The notes beneath the pieces were generated by a model. It saw only the letters and a program-made list of their open reading frames with translations, did no database searches and was not told where the DNA came from. A stretch of DNA of 64,000 nucleotides, from the NCBI GenBank assembly GCA_046351455.1, contig JAXLYM010000003.1, positions 280,364 through 344,363 of the forward strand. Reading direction: 5' to 3'. Positions 28,716 to 36,856 of this stretch are shown here, one piece after another (position 1 is the first letter of the stretch; every line of letters starts with the position of its first letter). The position numbers were made by a program, and so were the translations under genes. This DNA comes from Polyangiaceae bacterium (GTDB lineage: Bacteria > Myxococcota_A > Polyangia > Polyangiales > Polyangiaceae).

Positions 28716-31145
28716 ATGGGCAACACGCTCGCCGACGAGCCGCTCCCTCCCACGCAAAGTCAGCCCCCGGACGGGGATCGCCCGACGCTCGATGACGTGC
28801 CGCCGGCCGCGCAACCGCCGCGACGTGGGGCCTCGCCGACGCTGGTGGACCAGCCGGTGGGGGCACGACGTGGGGCCTCGCCGACGCTGCCGGACATGCC
28901 GCCGCCGCACACGTACCCGACGCCGCCGCAGGCCCCGCTCCACGCAGCGCCGCCCCCCGCGACGGCCGCGATGCGCGCGATGCCGACGCCGCCCGCAGCG
29001 CCGCTCCATGCGGGGCCGCCGATGGCCGTGACGCAGCCGGTCGCGCCGCTGCACGCCGCGCCGGCGCAGATGGCGGTGACGCAGCCCGTGCCGGTGCACC
29101 CGGCAGCCGTGCAGGCGGTGGCGCCGCAGCCGATGGCCCCGGCCGCGATGGGGTTCGGGAGGCCGCCGACGGCGTTCGCGACGACCCCGGACGCGCCTGC
29201 CGCGCCGCCGAAGGCGCTCCCGGCGGTCCCGAACGTGTCTGGCGGAGCGCCAAACCCGATCTCGGCGGTCCCGAAAGTGTTTGGCGGACCGCCAAACCCG
29301 ATCTCGGCCGCCCAAAGTGCTTTTGGCGGACCGCCAAACCCGATCTCGGCGGTCGAGAAGCCTTTTGGCGGTTCGCCGAACGCCTCCGGGAGCGCCGAGA
29401 AGCCTTTTGGCGGACCGCAAGCTCCGAGCGCGCCAGTCGCGAGCCCGATGGTGCCTATTCTGGCGGGGGCCGCTGCGTCTCCGCCTTCGGAGGTCCGGAT
29501 TCCGCCGGGGCCGCCGACTCCGCCGCCTCCGCCGGTCGCGTATCCGGCGCCCGCTCAGTCGGCGGGGCTGCTCGCGCAGATTCCGGCGATGCCGGGGCAA
29601 CGGGCGCAGGTGGTGGCGCCGCCGCACCTCTTCGGGGCGCCCACTCCCGTGAGCGACACGACGCCGGACGCGCACGATCCGCACGAAGAAGCGGCCCGCG
29701 AGGCGCTGCCGCCTCCGCCCGCAGCCGCCGCGCCCGCCGCTGCGGCGCCCCTCGTGACGCCCGCCGCCGCAGCGCTCGCCGCCGCAGAACCTGGCGCCGC
29801 CGCTACGGCCGCCGCAGGACAGAATACGACCAGCTCCGTGGGCGGTCCGATGCCGGGTGCGACTCCCGTGCTCGCTCCTGGGGCGCGGACGCTCCTCGGC
29901 GTTGCGCCGGCGACTCCCCCGCACGCGGGGCCGCATGTGCCGGGCGCGCAAGGGGGCAACGCACAAGGGACCAATCCTCAAGGCGCCAATTCGCAAGGAC
30001 CCAATCCGCAAGGCGGCAACTCACAAAGTGCCAGTCAGCAAGGGCCCAATCCGCAAGGCGTCAATTCGCAAGACGCCTCTCCCGCTGGACAGCCCTCCTC
30101 CGCGGACGCCTCCGAAAGTGAGCCCGCCGAGGCCGGGGAGCCGCAAGCGAACGAGATGCGGCCGACCGTCACCGACGCGGCTCCGCCGGGGCGTGCCAGG
30201 AAGTGGATCGCCGCAGTCCTCGCCGTGATCGGCGTGCTCGCGATCGCCGGTGTCGTGATCGGGTATCTGTTCCTCGTGCGGTACACGCCTCTCGCGCGCC
30301 GGCACATCCCGGCCGCCTCCAACGTGGCCATCCGCGTGGACGCGCGGCAGATTGGCACCTTCGCCCCCGTGCGAAAGTACCTCTGGCCCCTGCTCGTCGA
30401 CAGGCCCTCTCAGAAGGCCGGAAAGACCTTCGCCGACCGCGTCTCCGAGGACACTGGCATCAACCCGACCCTCGATATCCGCGAGATGATCGTCGCCTCC
30501 ATGGACTCGAAGAGCTGGGTGCTCCTCGTGGGCGGCAACTTCAAGCCTGGCAAATTCGTACCGGGCATGGAGAAGGTCTTTCAGGAAGAGGGCATTCAGG
30601 GCTGGCACCGCAACGCAGAAATGCTCGTCGGCCCCACCGGAATCGCGATGGCGCAAGCCGATGACGGCACGCTCGTCCTCGGCACGGAGGCGGAGATCGT
30701 GACGGCGTCTCTCCCCGCCTCCGAGGAGTACAAGCGCATGGACCTGCCCGAGACGGGCGCTCTCGGATTCGCGATGAGCAAGGAGGCTTTTGAAGAGCTG
30801 TCGCGCGAGACAGGCGCCTTCGACCCGAGCGGCGCGATGCGGCGAATCCGCCACATGAAGGGCACGTTCACGCTCGGCGACGACCCGCAGATCGACATCG
30901 ACATCGAGCCGAAGGGCGGCGAAAAACCGGAGACGCTCGGTCAAGACGTGGAGTCGTTCCTCGGCAAGCTGCGCCTGGGCCTCGTGCTGTTCCCGGACCG
31001 CTTCGGCGAGAAGACAGCGCTCTCCTCCGCGAAGGTGGCAGTCGAGAACGAGCACGTGCGCGTGCGCGGCCCGTGGCCCCTCGAAGGCCTCGACCGAGGT
31101 TGCGAGAAGCTGGTGACGCTGCTGGGCCTGGCGCAGCCTCGGTGA
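28716..31145 (+). CDS. Proline-rich single-pass membrane protein with internal peptide repeats and a globular C-terminal domain
   Basis: The N-terminal roughly 480 aa are Pro/Ala-rich, with GGPPNPISA x3 and NPQG(x)NSQG repeats. A TM helix follows (WIAAVLAVIGVLAIAGVVIGYLFLV), then a non-repetitive 300-aa domain. Confidence 0.65.
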   Translation: MGNTLADEPLPPTQSQPPDGDRPTLDDVPPAAQPPRRGASPTLVDQPVGARRGASPTLPDMPPPHTYPTPPQAPLHAAPPPATAAMRAMPTPPAAPLHAGPPMAVTQPVAPLHAAPAQMAVTQPVPVHPAAVQAVAPQPMAPAAMGFGRPPTAFATTPDAPAAPPKALPAVPNVSGGAPNPISAVPKVFGGPPNPISAAQSAFGGPPNPISAVEKPFGGSPNASGSAEKPFGGPQAPSAPVASPMVPILAGAAASPPSEVRIPPGPPTPPPPPVAYPAPAQSAGLLAQIPAMPGQRAQVVAPPHLFGAPTPVSDTTPDAHDPHEEAAREALPPPPAAAAPAAAAPLVTPAAAALAAAEPGAAATAAAGQNTTSSVGGPMPGATPVLAPGARTLLGVAPATPPHAGPHVPGAQGGNAQGTNPQGANSQGPNPQGGNSQSASQQGPNPQGVNSQDASPAGQPSSADASESEPAEAGEPQANEMRPTVTDAAPPGRARKWIAAVLAVIGVLAIAGVVIGYLFLVRYTPLARRHIPAASNVAIRVDARQIGTFAPVRKYLWPLLVDRPSQKAGKTFADRVSEDTGINPTLDIREMIVASMDSKSWVLLVGGNFKPGKFVPGMEKVFQEEGIQGWHRNAEMLVGPTGIAMAQADDGTLVLGTEAEIVTASLPASEEYKRMDLPETGALGFAMSKEAFEELSRETGAFDPSGAMRRIRHMKGTFTLGDDPQIDIDIEPKGGEKPETLGQDVESFLGKLRLGLVLFPDRFGEKTALSSAKVAVENEHVRVRGPWPLEGLDRGCEKLVTLLGLAQPR

Positions 31146-31195
31146 GGGGCCCACTCTCCTCGACAGCGCTCCGCCCCACTCCGCAGCCTCGTTTC

Positions 31196-31217
31196 AAGGG
31201 GAACGCCCCTTCCTTTC
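31196..31217 (+). terminator. Possible intrinsic terminator hairpin (AAGGGG-aacg-CCCCTT followed by cctttcc)
   Basis: A 6-bp GC-rich stem with a tetraloop sits about 50 nt after the stop at 31145. The downstream tract is only weakly T-rich. Confidence 0.3.
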
Positions 31218-31239
31218 CACGCCGTGCTAGCGTAGCGCC

Positions 31240-32076
31240 ATGACGAGCCGCAGCCACGCGTACTCCCAAGGTCCCTTCCGCGCGGACCAGCTCCACTCGG
31301 GCGACGAGTACGAGCTGTCGCGGGGCCACGCGATTCGTTGCGCGCCGACGGGCGGAGCGGGCTCGGGCAGCAATCAGGTCGGGGCCTCCGTCGTCGGCTG
31401 GGACCCGCAGGTGACCGAGGTCGGCGTCGATACGGGTTATGCCCCTGCTCCGGATATGCTGCGCGCGCCGGACGTCGCGGTGGGCAACGTCCCGAACAAG
31501 CCTGGATGGGTGAAGGGCGCGCCGTCGCTGGCGATCGAGTACGCGGACGTCGGCCAAGACGAGGTCGCCTTGGAGGAGAAGATCCGCGATCTCCTGGCGT
31601 TCGGTACGCGTTATTTGTGGGTAGTCCGCCTCACGGGCAAGCGCCGAGTCGAGGTGCACGAGCCGGGGAAGAAGATGCAGACCGCCTATCCGGGCGAGAT
31701 GTTGACGGCCCCTGGAGTGCTGAAGAACGCGGTCCGGGTAGAGGCGCTTTACGATCGCGACGAGGCCGAGCGCGCGACGCTGGTGAACCTGCTCCAGCGC
31801 CGCGGTTATGAGGATCTCGAGGCCGTGCTCGCGAAGGGGCGCGAAGAAGGACGCAAAGAGGGGCGCGAAGAAGGACTCGAAAAAGGGCGCGAAAAAGGCC
31901 GCCGCGAGGTTCTGGTGCAGGCGGTGCCGGCGCTTCTGGAGGCCAGAGGCCTCGGGGTCGACGCCGCGACCCGCGCGAGGATCGATGCGGCGGAGGTGCG
32001 TGATCTGGAGCGATGGTTCCAGCGCGCAGCCTCCGGACAGGTTCAGTCCACGAGCGAGCTGTTCGAGACAGCCTGA
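31240..32076 (+). CDS. Uma2-family (DUF820) PD-(D/E)XK endonuclease fused to a DUF4351-like C-terminal domain (REEGRKEGREEG repeat)
   Basis: The Uma2 core is PDVAVGNVP...PSLAIEYADVGQDEVALEEKIRDLLAFGTRYLWVV. The C-terminal KGREEGRKEGREEGLEKGREKGRRE...ARIDAAEVRDLERW region is typical of DUF4351, as found in Rpn/YhgA-like nucleases. Confidence 0.8.
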   Translation: MTSRSHAYSQGPFRADQLHSGDEYELSRGHAIRCAPTGGAGSGSNQVGASVVGWDPQVTEVGVDTGYAPAPDMLRAPDVAVGNVPNKPGWVKGAPSLAIEYADVGQDEVALEEKIRDLLAFGTRYLWVVRLTGKRRVEVHEPGKKMQTAYPGEMLTAPGVLKNAVRVEALYDRDEAERATLVNLLQRRGYEDLEAVLAKGREEGRKEGREEGLEKGREKGRREVLVQAVPALLEARGLGVDAATRARIDAAEVRDLERWFQRAASGQVQSTSELFETA

Positions 32077-32154
32077 GGCCATCTACGTTAGGTTGCTTCC
32101 ACGGGAAGCGGCCAGAACCACGGGCGAGCGCACACGTCGTCTTCGAGGGGCGGG

Positions 32155-32230
32155 GCGCGTGCGCGGCCCGTGGCCCCTCGAAGGCCTCGACCGAGGCGCG
32201 GACAAGCTCGTGAAGCTCCTCGGGCTCTGA
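32155..32230 (+). repeat. Direct repeat: duplicated 3' coding tail of gene 28716..31145 (copy 2; copy 1 is at 31059..31145). The first 42 nt are identical.
   Basis: The 42-nt string gcgcgtgcgcggcccgtggcccctcgaaggcctcgaccgagg is identical at 31059-31100 and 32155-32196. The two tails then diverge but stay parallel: ...GPWPLEGLDRGCEKLVTLLGLAQPR* versus ...GPWPLEGLDRGADKLVKLLGL*. Both end in a stop codon. Confidence 0.8.
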
Positions 32231-32304
32231 AACAAGCCTTATCGAGACGCGTGCCAGGGAGGCGCCAGCCCCGACGCGACCTCTCCCGCGGCCCCCAAAA
32301 AGCC

Positions 32305-33168
32305 TTAACCGAAGAGTTGCTCCGCGTCCGTCACCGTGAGGACCGCGGTCACCCATCGGTCCAGAAGGGCCATGTCCTTCGTCGCCTGGATTCTGGCCCG
32401 CGCCTGCTCCGACACAGGGACGCCGCGCGCCCCCAGGAGACCGAGAATTACCTGTTGCTTCGCCAGGAGTTGACCCTCCTCGCGCCCCTCCTCGCGCTCC
32501 GCCGCGAGCGCTTTCACGATCGGCTCCGGGCGCTTCGTGAGCAGCGCCTCCGCGACCTCGTTGTCCGCTTGGAGCCAGTCCACGATCCCGTTCGCGCTGA
32601 TCGGGCGCACGAAACAGGGGTCCTCGATCACCGCGTCCGTCGCGAGCTTCTCCCAGCGGCCCTCGCTCGACGACCACTCGAAGATGGCCCGCTCCTTCGT
32701 GAACACCGCGAACACCCGCCGTACACCGCGAGCCTTCAGCTCCACCGCCTTGCGCGTCGGGATCGCCGCCGCCTGACGGTCGACCACCTCGAAGACGATC
32801 TCCTCCAGCTTGCGAGCGATCGGCACCTCCGCGCGCGGGTCCCCGGTCGGCTCGTACACCGAGACGTCGGCCGCGAAATCCGACCCTTCCTCCGTGCGCG
32901 TCAGCATATCGACCGCCACCGCGTAAGGCTCTCTCACGTTCGCGCCGATCACGCGGTCCACATAGCTGTGCTGCCTCCCGTGGCACTCCCCCGCCGGCGC
33001 CGCGAAGATCTCCTGGCCATTCAAGTACTCGACGCGCGTCTCCGGCGGCGCGAGCCGATCGTCCACGGCGGGAAGCCGCGACCCCTCACCAGGGAACGAC
33101 GCAGATCCCCCCCCGCCCGCCGGGGGACACCAAAAATGAGCGGAGCCGTGGCTGGCCATGGGCCCCAC
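32305..33168 (-). CDS. Second Uma2-family (DUF820) endonuclease fused to a DUF4351-like domain, convergent with the first
   Basis: The Uma2 core is RVEYLNGQEIFAAP...YAVAVDMLTRTEEGSDFAADVSVYEPTGDPRAEVPIARKLEEIVFEVVD. The C-terminal AAEREEGREEGQLLAKQQVILGLLGARGVPVSEQARARIQATKDMALLDRW region matches DUF4351. Confidence 0.75.
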   Translation of the reverse strand: MGPMASHGSAHFWCPPAGGGGSASFPGEGSRLPAVDDRLAPPETRVEYLNGQEIFAAPAGECHGRQHSYVDRVIGANVREPYAVAVDMLTRTEEGSDFAADVSVYEPTGDPRAEVPIARKLEEIVFEVVDRQAAAIPTRKAVELKARGVRRVFAVFTKERAIFEWSSSEGRWEKLATDAVIEDPCFVRPISANGIVDWLQADNEVAEALLTKRPEPIVKALAAEREEGREEGQLLAKQQVILGLLGARGVPVSEQARARIQATKDMALLDRWVTAVLTVTDAEQLFG

Positions 33169-33275
33169 AGTACCACAAATCAGCGCCGCGAGCGTGACGT
33201 GCCCCCTCGCGCTGTACCCTTGGATCCGCCGGAAATGCCATCCCCTTCCCCGTCCAGTGATACCCTGCCCGATCG

Positions 33276-33587
33276 ATGGCGAAGACCCTTCACCTCAAGA
33301 GCACCGGCAAGCTGCTGCTCCGCATGAACGACAAGCAGTTCGAGGATCTGACTCGGCTGCTCCAGGAAGAAGACAGCACGGACCGGGACTACTTCGTGGA
33401 CGAGACGACGATCCCTTATCTCCTCGCGAAGGGGTGCGATCACGCGCTCGTCGAGGCGCTTCGGCACGCTCTGGAGCATAAGCGAACAGCCTACCGCGAT
33501 CCGGCCACGCCGGAGGTCACGCAGGACGAGAACGACGCGCCCGATGGCATCGACGTCGAGTGGCGCGACTCGGAGGAAAGCGCGTAG
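33276..33587 (+). CDS. Small acidic hypothetical protein (103 aa), translationally coupled to the downstream subtilase
   Basis: GC3-rich, non-repetitive ORF. Its TAG stop overlaps the GTG start of the S8 protease gene (TAGTG). Confidence 0.6.
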   Translation: MAKTLHLKSTGKLLLRMNDKQFEDLTRLLQEEDSTDRDYFVDETTIPYLLAKGCDHALVEALRHALEHKRTAYRDPATPEVTQDENDAPDGIDVEWRDSEESA

Positions 33588-34717
33588 TGCGACCTCAGGT
33601 CTATTCAATCCCGGAACGGCTGGAAGCTTCGTTCCGCTACAAAGGGCGCGGGGTGGTCATGGGGTTCGTGGACAGCGGGTTCTACCCGCACCCGGATCTC
33701 ATGCGGCCGAAACGGCGCGTGAAGGTGTATGCCGACGCCACGCGCGACAAGCCCACCGCCGGCGACTTCTTCAACCCACAAGTCTGGAGCTGGCACGGCA
33801 CCATGACCGCCTGCTGCGCCGCCGGAAATGGCTGGGTCTCCGGCGGGCGCTACCGCGGGCTCGCCTCCGAAGCCGAGGTCATCCTCATCAAGGCCGGCGT
33901 CGACGACGGGCAGATCCTCGGCAAGAACGTGGCGCACGCCATCCGGTTTCCGCTGCGGTATCCGCACCTCGGCATCAAGATCCTCAACGTGTCTCTCGGC
34001 ACCTCGCCGAGCGATCCGGACATCGCCGACGTCGAGGCCGCCGTCGAAGAGGTGGTCGCCGCCGGAATCACGGTGTTCGCCGCGGCCGGCAACGTCGCGG
34101 GACAACCCCCCTCCGGCCCCGGCGCCGCGAAGAGCGCCATCACCGTCGGCGGCGGCAACGACAACAACACTCCCGGGTTCGAAGACGACACGATCTGGCC
34201 CTCCAGCCACGGTCAGGTGAAGTCCGGAGTCATCAAGCCGGACCTCATCGCGCCGGCCATCTGGGTCCCCGCGCCGATGCTCCCCGGCACGCCGACGGCC
34301 CGGGAAGCAGCGCCCTTGTTTCAGCTCCTCTCGGTGTACGAAGAGCTGTCGGCAGAATACGGCTTCTCCGAGACGCGGCAGATCGCCACGCCGGAGGAGC
34401 GTGCCAGTGTGACGGCGCTCATGGACGCCCTCGCCGCCCGCATCCAGCGGTGCAAATACATCTCTCCCGACTACCAGCACGTCGACGGGACGTCGTTCGC
34501 CGCGCCGATCACCGCCTCCGTGGGGGCGCAGATGCTGGAGGCGGATCCGCTGCTGACGCCCGCGGAGATCCGAGAAGGCCTCTGCGCCACGGCCCGGCCT
34601 CTTCCGAAGGTCGACAAGGGGCTTCAAGGCGCCGGCGTCGTGCGGCCGCGCGCAGCCGTGGAGTGGGCGCTCAAGCGCTCTCACAAACACAAGCTCGTCA
34701 CGAAGAGCGCGAAGTAA
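33587..34717 (+). CDS. Subtilisin-like serine protease (peptidase S8), with no signal peptide or prodomain
   Basis: The catalytic triad motifs are GFVDSGF (Asp), WHGTMTA (His) and GTSFAAPI (Ser). GTG start (VRPQVYSIPERLEA) inside tracked ORF 33560..34717. The catalytic Asp sits about 30 residues from the N-terminus. Confidence 0.85.
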   Translation: MRPQVYSIPERLEASFRYKGRGVVMGFVDSGFYPHPDLMRPKRRVKVYADATRDKPTAGDFFNPQVWSWHGTMTACCAAGNGWVSGGRYRGLASEAEVILIKAGVDDGQILGKNVAHAIRFPLRYPHLGIKILNVSLGTSPSDPDIADVEAAVEEVVAAGITVFAAAGNVAGQPPSGPGAAKSAITVGGGNDNNTPGFEDDTIWPSSHGQVKSGVIKPDLIAPAIWVPAPMLPGTPTAREAAPLFQLLSVYEELSAEYGFSETRQIATPEERASVTALMDALAARIQRCKYISPDYQHVDGTSFAAPITASVGAQMLEADPLLTPAEIREGLCATARPLPKVDKGLQGAGVVRPRAAVEWALKRSHKHKLVTKSAK

Positions 34718-34781
34718 CAAAAGGTGCCCCCCCGGCGCCGCCTGCCTATCGACGGGCGGCGATCACCGGGGTGCGGACACG

Positions 34782-34889
34782 CTACTTGCCGTCCTTCTTG
34801 GCGGCCTTTTCCTTCTTCTTGGCCTGCTTCTCCTTGGTGCTGAGCTTGGGCTTGTTACTCTTCGCCGGTTTCTCTTGACCCTTGGCCAT
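34782..34889 (-). CDS. Tiny Lys-rich protein (35 aa: MAKGQEKPAKSNKPKLSTKEKQAKKKEKAAKKDGK), not in the ORF track
   Basis: I translated it by hand from the reverse strand. It has a perfect Shine-Dalgarno (AGGAGG-cgacg-ATG) and lies in an otherwise unannotated 290-nt gap. Coordinates are approximate, +/-2. Confidence 0.45.
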   Translation of the reverse strand: MAKGQEKPAKSNKPKLSTKEKQAKKKEKAAKKDGK

Positions 34890-35004
34890 CGTCGCCTCCT
34901 GCGCTGCAATCTGACCGAACAAGTGTGCATGCGGTCAAGCAGAGCGGAAGCCCGCGCTGTTTTTTTTCTCTCGTCGGCGGGGGATCGGAGGTAAGCGGCC
35001 TCCC

Positions 35005-35772
35005 ATGGCGCGCAACGACGGCAGAGGCCCGGACGAGCACCGGCGCATCGAGATGACCCCGGGCTTTCACCGCAACGCGGAGGGCTCCGTGCTGTACCGC
35101 GCGGGGAACACCGTGGTCCTGTGCACAGCTTCGATCGACCCCTCCGTGCCCGCATGGATGGTCGGCCGCGGCACCGGCTGGCTCACCGCGGAGTACCAGA
35201 TGCACCCGCGATCGAGCCCGCAGAAGCGCGAGCCCCGCGACGGCCGCGGCAAGGCCCCGAGCGGGCGCACGCAGGAGATCCAGCGCCTCATCGGGCGCGC
35301 GCTGCGGGCCGCCGTCGACATGAAGGCGCTCGGCGAGAAGACGATCGCGATCGACTGCGACGTGCTCGAAGCGGACGGCGGGACGCGCACGGCGTCGATC
35401 TCGGGCGGCTTCGTGGCGCTCGCGCTCGCGGCCGCGAAGCTCCACAAGCGCGACGGCGCGGCTCCCTTCCTGCGCGAGCCCGTCGCCGCGATCAGCGCCG
35501 GCAAGCTCGGATCCGAGGTGCTCCTCGATCTCGTGTACGAAGAGGATCGCGACGCCGACGTGGATCTGAACCTCGTCGCGACCGAGTCCGGCGCCATCAT
35601 CGAAGTGCAAGGCACCGCCGAGGGCGAGCCGATGTCGCGCGCCGAAATGGACGCGCTCATCGACGCGGCGCTCGCGGGCGTGCACTCGATCACGCGGCTC
35701 CAGCGCGCGGCCCTCGCAGGCGAAGGCGTCGAGCTGCGCGCGCTGCAGGTGCCCCGCGGGGCCGCGTCGTGA
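35005..35772 (+). CDS. rph: Ribonuclease PH
   Basis: The sequence matches bacterial RNase PH: [31 protein letters not shown]...[10 protein letters not shown]...[23 protein letters not shown]. Confidence 0.9.
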   Translation: [255 protein letters not shown]

Positions 35773-36425
35773 CGTCGCCGTTCACGCTGCTGCTCGCGAC
35801 GACGAACCGCGGCAAGCTCGTCGAGCTGCAAGCGCTCTTCGGCGACATCGGCGTGGAGCTCGTGTCGCTGTCGACGCTTCCGGGCAAGCACCCGCCGGTG
35901 ATCGAAGACGGCGACACGTTCCTCGCGAACGCGCTCCTGAAGGCGAACGCCGCCGCGCAGCGCACCGGCATGGTGACGATCGCGGAGGACTCCGGCCTCG
36001 AAGTGGACGCGCTCGGCGGGCGGCCCGGCGTGTACTCCGCGCGCTTCGCGAAGGAAGGCGCGACCGACGCGGAGAACAACGCGCGCCTCTTGAACGAGCT
36101 GGAGGACGTCACCGACGACCTGCGCGCGGCCCGCTTCCGGTGCACGATGGTGCTCGTGGATCCGTGGAGCGCAGGGGAGCCGATCGTCACGGAAGGCCGG
36201 TGCGAAGGCTCGATCCTGCGCGCGGCCCGCGGCCACGGCGGCTTCGGGTACGACCCCTTGTTCCTCGTGGACGGGGAGGAGGTCACGATGGCGGAGCTCG
36301 GCGAATTCCGGAAGAACCAGCTCAGTCACCGCGCGCGCGCCGCGCGGGCGATGCGGCCGCTCCTGCTCTCGCTCGTGGAGAGCCGCATGCGCGACGCGAA
36401 CGCGCTGCTGCGAGGCGCGCCGTGA
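35769..36425 (+). CDS. rdgB: Non-canonical purine NTP pyrophosphatase (RdgB/HAM1 family)
   Basis: GTG start overlapping the rph stop (GTGA). Motifs LLLATTNRGKLVELQ, FGYDPLF and FRKNQLSHRARA are present. The rph-rdgB gene order is conserved. Confidence 0.85.
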   Translation: MTSPFTLLLATTNRGKLVELQALFGDIGVELVSLSTLPGKHPPVIEDGDTFLANALLKANAAAQRTGMVTIAEDSGLEVDALGGRPGVYSARFAKEGATDAENNARLLNELEDVTDDLRAARFRCTMVLVDPWSAGEPIVTEGRCEGSILRAARGHGGFGYDPLFLVDGEEVTMAELGEFRKNQLSHRARAARAMRPLLLSLVESRMRDANALLRGAP

Positions 36426-36856
36426 AGCGCTACGCGAGCAACCTGCGGGGCATGGGACAGTTCGGCACCGTCGGCATGGAGATGGTGCTGAGCGTGCTCG
36501 TGGGCCTCTGGATCGGCTACAAAATCGACGGGTGGCTCCACACGGATCCATGGTTCACGGTGATCTGGTTCTTCTTCGGGTGCGGCGCCGCGGCGAAGGC
36601 CGTCCACCGCGCGTGGAAGGACATGCAGCGCGAGGCGAAGCGCGAAGAGGCCGTCGAAGGCAACCCGTTGCCCGCGTTCCCCGACGAGAAGGCCCTCGCG
36701 TGGCAGCGCGAAGAGGACCGCAAACAACGGGCGATCCAGGGCGCCGAGAAGGCGAGCTCCGACGACGCCTCGGACGCCGCGCTCGAAGCCGAGGTGGAAA
36801 AGCTGTCTGCCGGCGCTAAAGCGAACGAGCCTGGAGCGGAGAAGCACGATGAGTGA
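36422..36856 (+). CDS. Small membrane protein, AtpZ/AtpI-like (putative F0F1-ATPase-associated subunit family), acidic C-terminal tail
   Basis: GTG start overlapping the rdgB stop (GTGA). The two TM helices are GMEMVLSVLVGLWIGYKIDGWL and PWFTVIWFFFGCGAAA. This is the real part of tracked ORF 36140..36856. Confidence 0.5.
   Translation: MKRYASNLRGMGQFGTVGMEMVLSVLVGLWIGYKIDGWLHTDPWFTVIWFFFGCGAAAKAVHRAWKDMQREAKREEAVEGNPLPAFPDEKALAWQREEDRKQRAIQGAEKASSDDASDAALEAEVEKLSAGAKANEPGAEKHDE

Noticed and set aside
25667-31154. ORFs 25667..27085 (-), 26158..29337 (-), 28014..30011 (-), 30021..31154 (-), 26478..27338 (+), 29281..29652 (+)
   Set aside because: These are alternative frames of the Cys-rich repeat and Pro-rich genes. 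They are Arg/His/Ala-rich with no recognisable domains.
31631-34878. ORFs 31631..32986 (-), 31808..32230 (+), 33544..34878 (+), 33605..34720 (-), 33828..34220 (+)
   Set aside because: They are R/G-rich frames overlapping the Uma2 and subtilase genes. The ORF 31808..32230 is only interesting for its last 25 codons (the duplicated tail); it is not a gene.
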